Assembly: GCA_963745235.1 (NCBI GenBank)
Contig: CAVUXE010000034.1
Span: forward strand, 1-32,422
Direction: 5' to 3'
Length of the DNA stretch: 32,422 nt
Source of the DNA: an uncultured Spirochaetota bacterium
GTDB taxonomy: Bacteria > Spirochaetota > Spirochaetia > SZUA-6 > Fen-1364
The notes beneath the pieces are model-generated. The model ran no database searches. It was not told the origin of the DNA and was given only the letters and a program-made list of their open reading frames with translations. Each line of letters starts with the position of its first letter. Position 1 is the first letter of the stretch. The position numbers and the translations under genes were made by a program. Shown one piece after another: positions 9,248 to 18,400 of this stretch.

Positions 9248-10645
9248 ATGAAAGCGCACCGCCTCCAATCTGTGATCCAGCGAATGCTCTTCGCCGCCGA
9301 GCGGTACCGGGAACACGAGCTTGCAAATCACGCGGCCGCCGGCGCGTATGGGTTCCTGCTTTCTGCCGCACCGGCGATACTCCTCGCCCTCAGCTTCACG
9401 TCGACGCTCGTTGGCGCCAATCCCAGGGTCGTTGCGGAGATCAACCGGCTGGTCGCACGTTTTCTCGGACCGCTCAGCAGCTCGATCACTTCGGGTGCAT
9501 ACTTCGGCCACCGGCTGAGCTTTCTGGCGGCTGCAATCGGCCTGGTGAGCCTGGCATGGGCGGCGAGACTTTTCGCCGTCACAGTGCAGCGCGGCATCCG
9601 CGTCGTCTGGGCTGCGACCGCCAAAAAGACCCTGGTGCAGGAAAACGCGATGAGCTTTCTCATCGAGCTGGTTACTCTCATCGCAATGGTCGCGTTGATT
9701 GCGGCCGGCGAAGGCGCGCATATTGCCGCACGGGCGGTCAGAGGTGTCGCCGGCGTTGGGGCGGCGCGGGCAATCGTGGACGTCGAACGACTGGTGCCCG
9801 CTGTGGCACTTTTCCTCTTCACCGGCTGGAGCTACATGGCCATACCGGCGAAGCGACCGAATCCAAAAGCAGCCTGGGGATCGGCAGCGCTCTGTTTCGT
9901 GTTCCTTCTGGCTGTGACAGAGGTGTTCAGTCTGTTCATCAGCGCGGCGCGATACGAGCTCCTGTACGGAGTGCTGGGAAATCTCATTCTTCTTCTTGTC
10001 AACGTCTTCGCGTTCTTCAGCCTGTATTTCTATTTCGCCGAGCTCGTCTACGTGGCGGACCAGTTCGATGCCCTTCTTTTCGGCCGCTTCCATAGGCTTG
10101 CCCGGACCAGGCGCGCAGGTGGCGGAGTGTCGAGACTCGAGCGTGCCCTTTTCATGGAGCCGGCCCGGCTCCTGCATTCCTATGGACGCACTCTCCGAAA
10201 GGGCGAGGTGCTTTTCTCGGCGGGGGATCGGGAGAGAAGTGCCTACTTCGTTTACTACGGAAGGATCGGAATCTACATTCCGTCCTCCGGCCTCGCGAGC
10301 TCCATCGCGTCGATGGGTCCGGGCGAGGTCTTCGGCGAGATGGCGTACATCTTGGGGGAAGACCGCACTGCGACGGCTCGGGCCGAGGAGGAGTCAGCGG
10401 TTCTCGAGTTGCCGCCTTCAATTTTCGAGCAGTATCTGGCCTCCTATCCAGATGCAGCCCGCAACCTCATCGGCTCGCTGTCCGAACGGCTCAGGACCAC
10501 CGATGTACGCATTCAGGGTGAAACGAAGGTTGCCCGCGTTGACGATAACACCGGGAAAGAGGAAACCGATGACCATAGTGGTGTATTGACGCAGTCTGAG
10601 GGCATCGGACATGACGACCCAAGGCCGCGGAAATACGCGGGTTGA
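9248..10645 (+). CDS. YihY/BrkB-family inner membrane protein fused to a C-terminal cyclic-nucleotide-binding domain
   Basis: N-terminal AAAGAYGFLLSAAP, about six hydrophobic helices and YELLYGVLGNLILLL...AEL (YihY-like). The C-terminus has GEVLFSAGD...GPGEVFGEMA...RTATARA, the cNMP phosphate-binding cassette. Confidence 0.85.
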   Translation: MKAHRLQSVIQRMLFAAERYREHELANHAAAGAYGFLLSAAPAILLALSFTSTLVGANPRVVAEINRLVARFLGPLSSSITSGAYFGHRLSFLAAAIGLVSLAWAARLFAVTVQRGIRVVWAATAKKTLVQENAMSFLIELVTLIAMVALIAAGEGAHIAARAVRGVAGVGAARAIVDVERLVPAVALFLFTGWSYMAIPAKRPNPKAAWGSAALCFVFLLAVTEVFSLFISAARYELLYGVLGNLILLLVNVFAFFSLYFYFAELVYVADQFDALLFGRFHRLARTRRAGGGVSRLERALFMEPARLLHSYGRTLRKGEVLFSAGDRERSAYFVYYGRIGIYIPSSGLASSIASMGPGEVFGEMAYILGEDRTATARAEEESAVLELPPSIFEQYLASYPDAARNLIGSLSERLRTTDVRIQGETKVARVDDNTGKEETDDHSGVLTQSEGIGHDDPRPRKYAG

Positions 10646-10657
10646 GAGGAACTCCAA

Positions 10658-11390
10658 GTGAAGGGTTACGAACCGATCATGAGTTTCGACACGAGGAGTC
10701 GCCCAGACCTACCGTGACATCCAGCGTGGCGATGAGATTGCCGCCGTCACTTTCCTGGAGAAGGCGGCAGGCCCCGGGCCCGCGCTGGAGCTTGGCATAG
10801 GAGCGGGTCGAATTGCGTTGTCACTTGCCAAGTGCGGGATCCGAGTGGACGGGGTTGATATCTCGCCTGCGATGGTCGATCAATTGCGGGCCAAGCCTGG
10901 CGGCGACAAGATCTCGGTAACAATCGGTGACTTTGCTGATGTGCCCGTCCCCGGATCCTATACGCTGATCTTTGTGGTTTGGAATACGCTTTTCAACCTG
11001 CTTACCCAGGAAGACCAGGTGCGCTGCTTCAAAAACGTCGCTGACCATCTCACCGACGATGGCTCCTTTGTCGTAGAAGTCTATGTGCCCGCCTTCCTGT
11101 ACCAGCTGCGTAACGAGCAATACGCAGAAGTCGAAGCTATCGAGGTTGACGAGGTCCGGCTTGATCTGCTTCGCCACGATATGGCAACGCAGATGATCGA
11201 GGAAAGCCACGTATCCCTCTCCGCGAAAGGGGTGCGCCTGAATCCCGTGATGCAAAGATATGCTTGGCCCAGTGAGCTCGATCTCATGGCACGCATGGCG
11301 GGTTTGCACCTGAAGAACCGGTGGGGAGGCTGGAACCAGGAACCATTTGACTCCAACAGCAAAATGCACGTTTCTGTTTACGGACATTGA
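10658..11390 (+). pseudogene. Class I SAM-dependent methyltransferase, frameshift near 10691
   Basis: GTG 10658 after GAGAGGA gives MKGYEPIMSFD. After one extra base the frame continues ...ALELGIGAGRIA, GVDISPAM and RYAWPSELDLMA. The ORF track shows only 10818-11390. Confidence 0.82.
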
Positions 11391-11519
11391 GAACAGACTC
11401 TGAAAGAACTGGCTATCAGAGGGGAGATCTTCCGCTCGTGGCCGCTCTGATGGTAGTCTCGAGGGGAAGAATACCGACTGTTGGCATCCGCCCTGCGGCG
11501 ACGGTGAGGGAATAAGCAA

Positions 11520-12224
11520 GTGACCAGTCACATTGTGGCTCTCGGAGGCGGTGGATTTTCAGAGGAACGCGACAACGCCTTGCTTGACGACTACATCCTG
11601 GAGCTCTCCGAATCATCGCACCCTCGCGTATGCTTTCTTCCGACTGCAAGCGGAGATGCTCCCGCTTACATCGAAAAGTTTTATGGCCGATTCCCACCGG
11701 TACGAGCTCGGGCAACCCATCTGAGCGTTTTTGCACCCTCTGATGTCGCGGACGTTCAATCGTTCCTGTTGGAGCAGCAGGTGATTTATGTCGGCGGGGG
11801 GAGCACGCTGAACCTTCTCGCCCTTTGGCGCATACACGGCCTGGACGCCGTCCTTCGAAAGGCGTGGCACGACGGTGTCATCCTGGCCGGCATCAGCGCT
11901 GGCATGGCATGCTGGTTCGAAGAGTTTCTCACAGATTCCTACCTTGGAGGCGGCCTCGGGCCCTATCGACAGGGGCTTGGTTTTTTGCCAGGTAGCGCTT
12001 GCCCGCACTACGAAGATCCTCAACGGCGGACGACCTACAAGAGTCTCGTTCAGGCGAAAACACTCTCCAGCGGCATAGGTGTTGAGGGATGTGTCGCCGT
12101 TCACTACGCCGACGGCGTTCTCGTGAACGTTGTCACTTCAGATGCCAATCGAACCGCTTATAGTGTACGGTGCGGTGAGAATACAGTGATGGAAGAACCA
12201 CTGAAGACTATCGTCCTGCATTAG
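11520..12224 (+). CDS. Peptidase E / peptidase S51 family (type 1 glutamine amidotransferase-like fold)
   Basis: ALGGGGF, FLPTASGD, YVGGGST, G-I-S-A-G nucleophile motif and CPHY. Confidence 0.9.
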   Translation: MTSHIVALGGGGFSEERDNALLDDYILELSESSHPRVCFLPTASGDAPAYIEKFYGRFPPVRARATHLSVFAPSDVADVQSFLLEQQVIYVGGGSTLNLLALWRIHGLDAVLRKAWHDGVILAGISAGMACWFEEFLTDSYLGGGLGPYRQGLGFLPGSACPHYEDPQRRTTYKSLVQAKTLSSGIGVEGCVAVHYADGVLVNVVTSDANRTAYSVRCGENTVMEEPLKTIVLH

Positions 12225-12272
12225 AATTGGAACGTCGAACAGGCGAACCACGGGAGGGCGGAGGAAAACGGG

Positions 12273-12494
12273 TTGAAAATGTACCGACCTTATGCATGTG
12301 AGAATTCAGTTTGCGATTGTTACGGCGATGTGATTATGCTCGAACGGCCTGTATCGAGCGCCGAAGAGATCTGCGAACCACCGAGCCCGCCAGTTGTGTG
12401 CACGAAGTGCGGGGGTGAGCTGAGATTGACGCGGTGGGGTGGGCCAGTTCATGTGACGGTATGGATAACAAGCCGCGACTATCTGCCGAAGTGA
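12273..12494 (+). CDS. Small Cys-rich protein, possible zinc ribbon
   Basis: GGAGG RBS, CENSVC and CTKC motifs. Its stop overlaps the next GTG (GTGA at 12491-12494). Confidence 0.5.
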   Translation: MKMYRPYACENSVCDCYGDVIMLERPVSSAEEICEPPSPPVVCTKCGGELRLTRWGGPVHVTVWITSRDYLPK

Positions 12495-13073
12495 ATGATC
12501 GAATAGTGCGTAGTTCCCATAACGGGTACGCGGTCTATTTCGGCAGATTTTCTCTTGTGCTGTCGCCCCGGCGCCGGGAGGTTTTTTTCTCTATCGCGAT
12601 GATTAGTCTTGTTTCAACCGTCGTAAGCGGTGTTTTCAGCGTCGTTATTAGCATCCTGATAGGTCAACAGCCAACGCTTGTCCAGTCTATGGAAGGAGCG
12701 ATCATCGGACTGGTTGTTGCGAGTTGTGCCGCTTCAGCCGAATACTTTCTGTTCATGCGCAGCTTCGGGCGTTTTCCGTTTGTCGTATTTTCTCCTGAGG
12801 CTGACTCTTTGGTCCGGTCTCTCTGTTGCAGGGACAAGGATTGTCGGAGCTGACCCACGGTTCTACGGTACAGGGGTCGCCTTTGCCGTAGTGCTGGGCA
12901 CAGTTTTTACGCTAGGGGTGTATTTGCGTCGTTTGGTTGGCGGGCAAACACTGCTGCGCTTTGTGACGGGCCGTTACAATCGGCCGCGCGAAGAGGAACG
13001 GGTGCTTCTGTTTGCGGATATCAAAAGGCTCGACCAGCATTGCGGAGCGGATTGGAAACAGACTTTACCATGA
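12491..13073 (+). pseudogene. Second membrane adenylate/guanylate cyclase, frameshifted and truncated
   Basis: TM segments, then LVGGQTLLRFVTGRYNRPREEERVLLFADIK/GSTSIAERIG...YHE. Indels near 12790 and 13025. The remaining catalytic motifs are absent. Confidence 0.8.
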
Positions 13074-13218
13074 GTCTACGGCTGTGCGCCGCTATCCCTC
13101 GGGCCTTGGCGCTTTTGCGGCTTTACGATATCTTGACTTTCTTGCGCGATACCCTGAGAAAGGAGCCTGACAAAAACCTTACAGGCGGTGGGATTTATCG
13201 TCTCCGGGGGGCCAGAAG

Positions 13219-13569
13219 ATGATCCAGGACAAGAACTTTCTTCGCTATCGCAAGGCGATTCAGTCACTGATAGCCCAAACCGTGCCGGCGGGGAAGTCTC
13301 TCGATGGAATGCTGGAAGAACTGATGCAGAGGTGGAATCCCCTGTTCGACACGCAGGGGAAGACGAATCTTGTTGAAGACGTGAATGCCCTCGTGCGAGA
13401 CTACGTGCGGCCTTTGCGGCACAGCTTCCAGGTGAAACCGCCCGACATGAACAGGCTCCATGCCCTCGCGGAACAACTATCGGCAAGCAAGGGCCTGATG
13501 AAGATTACCAAGAAGGATTCTCTAATCCGCTATCTGGAGCTGTTCATGCTAAAGTCTCTCGACCAGTGA
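13219..13569 (+). CDS. Hypothetical helical protein, probably the C-terminal fragment of a larger gene
   Basis: Protein-like composition (WNPLFD...NLVEDVNALVRDY). It has no clear RBS and follows the cyclase truncation point. Confidence 0.5.
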   Translation: MIQDKNFLRYRKAIQSLIAQTVPAGKSLDGMLEELMQRWNPLFDTQGKTNLVEDVNALVRDYVRPLRHSFQVKPPDMNRLHALAEQLSASKGLMKITKKDSLIRYLELFMLKSLDQ

Positions 13570-13688
13570 CTGCGTGGCGCATGAACAACAAGCGCGTGTG
13601 GGAACTTGGGGTATGGAGGATCAATCCCTATGTCCGAAATACAGTCCATTTGGAATGGCGGTCTCGTGATTGACATGACGGCCAGGCG

Positions 13689-14348
13689 ATGGAGGCGTTC
13701 CGAGTGAACATCACCACCAGACTTCTCGAGCAAGCGAGAAAGCCCACTGGTCACCTGGGTCGCTGGATGGCGCGGTTCATGAACGCTGAGCATTCCAGAA
13801 TGACGGATTGGGCTCTTGCACACGTTGCCGTCGGCAACGGCGCCAAGGTCTTGGATGTCGGCTGCGGCGGAGGGAGAACGGTCCAAAAGCTTGCCGGGAT
13901 GACCGAAGAAGGCAAAGTTTTCGGAATCGACCTGTCCGATGAGAGCGTCGAGATATCCCGCAAGACAAACGGGCAACTGATCGGGTCGGGTCGTGTGGAG
14001 ATCGTCCACGGGACGGTGTCGAGACTGCCCTTTGCCGAAGACTTCCTTGACCTGGTTACCGCAGTCGAGACCTACTACTTCTGGCCTGATTTAGTCACGG
14101 ACATGCGCGAGATTGCGCGAGTGCTGAAGCCTGGCGGGCAGCTTGCCATCATCGCAGAGGCGTACAAGGGAGGATCAAATGACAAACGATTCCAGCAGAT
14201 CCTTCGTTTGGCGACTCAAGAAGGCAAAATAAACTACCTCAGCGCCGAGGAGTTGGACCAGGCACTAACAGCAGCAGGATTGGGAAGGATCCAAGTGTTC
14301 AAGGAGGAAAAGAAAGGCTGGGTCTGCGCCATCGGGTGCAAACAGTAG
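13689..14348 (+). CDS. Class I SAM-dependent methyltransferase
   Basis: QARKPTG, VLDVGCGGG, GIDLS, LPF, AVETYYFWPD and RVLKPGG. Confidence 0.92.
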   Translation: MEAFRVNITTRLLEQARKPTGHLGRWMARFMNAEHSRMTDWALAHVAVGNGAKVLDVGCGGGRTVQKLAGMTEEGKVFGIDLSDESVEISRKTNGQLIGSGRVEIVHGTVSRLPFAEDFLDLVTAVETYYFWPDLVTDMREIARVLKPGGQLAIIAEAYKGGSNDKRFQQILRLATQEGKINYLSAEELDQALTAAGLGRIQVFKEEKKGWVCAIGCKQ

Positions 14349-14364
14349 CGGGTGCCGGTAATGG

Positions 14365-14592
14365 GAAATCGGTTTACTTCCGACGAGAAAGAATAACGAT
14401 GGAATGGGGCATTCGTGGCGCAGATGACAAATCGCTCCCTCATCCCGCCCACCGAAATGAAGGAGCGACGTTGAGACTATCCCTCGCGCCTGGGACTACT
14501 CGGCAGCTGTCTTCATCTGCACAATCATTACTTGGTTCCCGTCCGGGTCCGCCAGGCTGAACCACGCGGCCCACGGCGACCCTTGCCAGGTT
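14365..14592. repeat. Diverged direct repeat, copy 1 (hairpin plus 3' end of the VOC gene)
   Basis: 14429-14592 is nearly identical to 26808-26970, with patchy similarity upstream (GAAAYCGGTYTACTTCCGACG and GGGGYATTCGTGGCGCAG). Confidence 0.9.
14432..14468. terminator. Stem-loop between convergent genes, possible terminator
   Basis: TCGCTCCCTCAT / ATGAAGGAGCGA 12-bp stem with one mismatch (perfect in the copy at 26811-26847). The U-tail is weak. Confidence 0.45.
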
Positions 14593-14954
14593 TCTTTCGT
14601 GAACTCGTGGGTTGGCGCGACGCCTTTAGCCTTGATTGCCTTATACAACGACTCGGCGTCGGAGGTCGTAAAGTACAATTTCTGGGTCCCTGGCCTGAGG
14701 TTCTCAGTGTTGGCAGCCTGCAACAGACTCATGGATGCCCCGCCGCCGGGCAGACTCAGGGAGACCCATCGTTGCCCGCCTTGGCTGTAATCCTGGGTGG
14801 CCTTCAAGCCCAGAGCTGAGGTGTAAAACTCTTCGGATTTGTCCATATCGCGGACCGCTATGCTGATCATCATCAGTTTGTCCGCCGTCACCTGCTGGGA
14901 ATACACGGTCGGTAGGGCCGCGAGGGCCAAGCATACCGCAAGAATGTATTTCAT
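14496..14954 (-). CDS. VOC (glyoxalase/bleomycin-resistance) family protein with N-terminal signal peptide
   Basis: ISIAVRDMDKSEEFY...LGL and F.LADPDGN motifs. MKYILAVCLALAALPTVYS signal peptide. AGGAGG RBS. Confidence 0.9.
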   Translation of the reverse strand: MKYILAVCLALAALPTVYSQQVTADKLMMISIAVRDMDKSEEFYTSALGLKATQDYSQGGQRWVSLSLPGGGASMSLLQAANTENLRPGTQKLYFTTSDAESLYKAIKAKGVAPTHEFTKETWQGSPWAAWFSLADPDGNQVMIVQMKTAAE

Positions 14955-15030
14955 CGCTTTTCCTCCTGCACTGAGTAGTCGAACGGGAAGAGGAGAAAGG
15001 GACAAGAGGGCCCGCCTTTTTTTGATGCGA

Positions 15031-15214
15031 GATCCCGGGGTTATGGTTGAACCCGGCTGCTGTCATCAGCGCTGTCGACCCGTCTCGATCCCGCGCCTCG
15101 ATGCCCGCCCCGGCCTTCAATAAAGTACTGAGCACTTGGGGGTTCGTATTGGTTGAATCTGGCCGCAATCATCAGCGGGGTCAGACCATACTGGTCCAAC
15201 GCATCCACGCCGTT
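15031..15214 (-). pseudogene. Ankyrin-repeat remnant
   Basis: VDALDQYGLTPLMIAARFN / NPQVLSTLLKAGAGIEARDRDGSTALMTAAGFNHNP lies across two frames and is truncated at both ends. Confidence 0.8.
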
Positions 15215-15267
15215 GCTATGTGGCGGCTTGTATGCTCTCATCAAGGTCCGAATGGCGGGATATTACG

Positions 15268-15462
15268 TTATGCAGTGCTGTTTTTGATATGCTCACGCAG
15301 AGCAAGGTTGATAAGGCTCTGGTAGTTCCCACCTCCAGCGGTGTGAACCTGGGCACGGAACCATTCCAACACTTCTTCGTCCAATCGGATCGTGATTCTG
15401 GTCTTTCCATGAGCTGCGGGGGCTATGGCTCCTCGCTTGCCTTTGCTGAAATCGTACTCCTG
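15268..15462 (-). pseudogene. brnA: BrnA-family antitoxin lacking its start codon (not in ORF track)
   Basis: Reads QEYDFSKGKRGAIAPAAHGKTRITIRLDEEVLEWFRAQVHTAGGGNYQSLINLALREHIKNSTA*. There is no in-frame ATG/GTG/TTG before the upstream stop. Confidence 0.85.
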
Positions 15463-15469
15463 CGATCCG

Positions 15470-18400
15470 TCACCGACGCTCCAATTCTCCGGCTGAGTCG
15501 CGCTCGGCCTGCCAATTGACCAGCGGCGGGCCGCCAGGCTTGAACCCGGCTACCGGGATCTGGATCGTCGCTCCGCCAATCACTTTTCCCTTCACGATTT
15601 GGAGCACGTCGAGCCAGTAGAGGGCGCCCGGCTCCCGTCTTTCCGGCAGGCGCAGTGTGAGCTCCGCCGCCGCCTTCTGCCGGGGCTTCAGCGCAACCCC
15701 CCGCACCTCGGCAACCCCGCCCCCCGTCGCCGCGTACGCCGCGCGCTCGAGCTGCAATCGGTCCGGCGCTGGCTTCCTCTTGGCGCGACGCGCGGGCTTC
15801 GCTTTGGCGCGCGACGCGGGCGTCCGCGACGGCCGGGCACCGACGATCTCGCCCGGCCTCGCCGCGCGACTCAAGCGGAACTCGAAGACGGCCGACCTCG
15901 GGAGCCCGCGGAGGTCGAACTTGACCGTCGTCTCCACCGCCTCCCGATTGGGGTTGTGGAACTCGATGTAGGTGCCGCGCAGGACGATCTCGCCCACGGG
16001 GCCGCCGGAACCCGTCGGGCCGGGAGTCCCCGGCCCAGGCGGCAGCGGCGCGCCGACCAGCACGTTGCGTTGCGCGACCTGCGGCGAGGCGATCGCGGCC
16101 TCGTCGATGACAAGACTCAGGCCCGTCGTGTCCAGCAGAGCGCCCGGCCCGTGCACGAACGCCGCGATGCAGCGGTGATCCCCCTGCGCGCCGGTCGCCA
16201 TCTGGAACCCCGCGATTCCAGGCGCTTCGGCGCGTATGCCGCTCACCGACTGCACGCCCAGCGAGGTCCACCCGCTTCCGGACAACACCGTGGGATCGAT
16301 GGTTCCATCGGAGTGGAACGCCGACCAGAAGGCGGCCGGCAGCATCGGCAGGCCGGCCGAGAAGGGTGCGGTGATCACCCAGACGTTGACCGCCCCCGCC
16401 GGCGCGGCGTCGCGGCTGTTCACGCGCACCCAGACGCGCGCGGTCACGCCGGCCGAGGCCCCTTGGCTACGGTCCTTGAACCAGGCGTAGTCGCCGGCGG
16501 TGGGCGAGGGCGCCTCCGGGTCGTTCTGGTAGTAGAGTGCGCTGCTGTCGTCGTAGAGAGGCGTGTCAACGAGGATGTCGGGCGACTGCCAGTGCGAGCA
16601 GACCTGGCTCGAGTTCAGCGGGCTGAGGATCGCGTCCACGGAGGGCCCGAGCCAACCGGGATCGAAAGCGTGGTCGCGGAAGTAGAGCGGATCGACCGGT
16701 GCCCCAGGACCCCCGAGTTCCATCTCCCACACTCCGCGCACGGCAGTGAGCGCGCGTAGCATGGTGCGCGCGGGCTGTCCCGCCGGAGCGACGTTGCCGA
16801 CCCAGAGGTCGTGGATCTCCTGGCCGGGCAGGTTGTCGGTGAGGTCGGTCCAGGTCCAGCCCGCGGCTCCCTTGTCGAGCTGGAACACGCGCGCGTTGCG
16901 CGCGACATACAGCCGCCCCGCGGTCGTCGGATCGGCGATCATCTCGCCGACTGCGACGCCGGCTGGGATCAGCGCGTTCGCGGGCAGCATGCAGGTCTCG
17001 GGAGTCCAGGCCCCGCTCTGGACGCTGAAGAGAGGCGTATTGCTCGGACCCGTCGGCGACGAGAGCATCACGTAGAAAGTCCCGCCCGAGTCTGCCGCGA
17101 GGCTTGCGATGATCGGAGAGGAGCCTTGGATCACCACGCCGGACTCGAACTCGCCCCCCTCAATGTCGAAGCCGTCGATGCTGGCCCCGCTGATCGACGC
17201 GGGCGCGCCGGTCACCGGCGTCCACACCGTCCCGGCGCCCGCTCCGACGGTCGAGGCGAGGAGCCAGAGATTCTGGTCCGCGCTGGCAGCGAGCAGGGAA
17301 TTCCCGGACTTCGCGAGCCGGTAGAGCCGCATAGTCTGAGGTACGAAGGCTTGGCTGATCGGCAGCGCGCCCGTGCCCGTCACCAGGCCGACCCAGGAGC
17401 GCGCAACGCAGACGGCCGTACCCGCCTGAAAGGGCCCGGGATTGAGGATCGTGACCGTGAACGTGGTCGCGGTGACCGACGTGATAGGTTGATAGACGAA
17501 CCCATACTGCGGGGCGCCAAGGCACACCCGCGCGCCCACGATCAGGTCCGGGGTCATCGTCACCGGGGTCACCACGACGTCGGTGCCACTCGCCGCAGGG
17601 AGCTGCAGCGTGGTGACCTGCTCCATCGCCAGGATGCCGGCGTAGAAGGCGCCGGCCTCGGCGGGGACCATGTTGCTGGACGCGCCGCAGGACGCCGCCG
17701 ACGGGGTCGTCACGTGCACCGCGGGCCCGGCGCCGGCGGACGGGTCCTGATCGGTCCAAGTCAGCTTGTTCCAGGTCGGCCATAGGATGTCGGCACTCAT
17801 GTTGGCCCAGACCTGAACACCGTCGGCGGTCGGAGAGGCGAAGATCAAGCCTGCGTCGCCTCCGCCGACGGCCGCCCAGGCCGGGGAGCCCACGCGACGG
17901 GCGATCCCGGTGTCGAGCGCGGCGCTGTAGCCGACCAGGCTCATCGGCCCTCCGCCCAGCGGGTCCGGATTGCTGGCGAACTGGAAGGCCGCCACCGCCG
18001 CCAAGCCGTGGTCCAGGTTCTGGATCAAGTCATCAGAGGGGTCGTAGCTCGCGCCCGAGTTGTAGGTCGGGTCGGAGACCGGCGAGGCGAAGCCGAAGGC
18101 GGGATTCGAGTACCCGAGGCTGGCGCCGAGCCCGCCGTCGCAGCCGACGTAGACGCGCGCCCCCGGGGCGGCCCCGGTCAGCGGCAAGGTGTCCGTGTAG
18201 TACGCGGTCTTGGGCGGGAAATGCGCGAGCGCGCGGGTGTCCACGTGGAGCGTCTGCGAGTAGTCCGCGGGCTGCCAGGTGCGCCCGCCATCGATGGAGC
18301 GCTGCGGGAAGACCCCGGCGCTGCAAAGCAGTACGTCCTGCGTATCCGGGCCGTTCGATTCCGGCGCGACCAGGAACGAGATTCCTTCGAGCCCGTAGTC

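Noticed and set aside
9014-10177. 387-aa minus-strand ORF and 334-aa plus-strand ORF 9091-10095
   Set aside because: Both are shadow frames of the YihY-cNMP gene.
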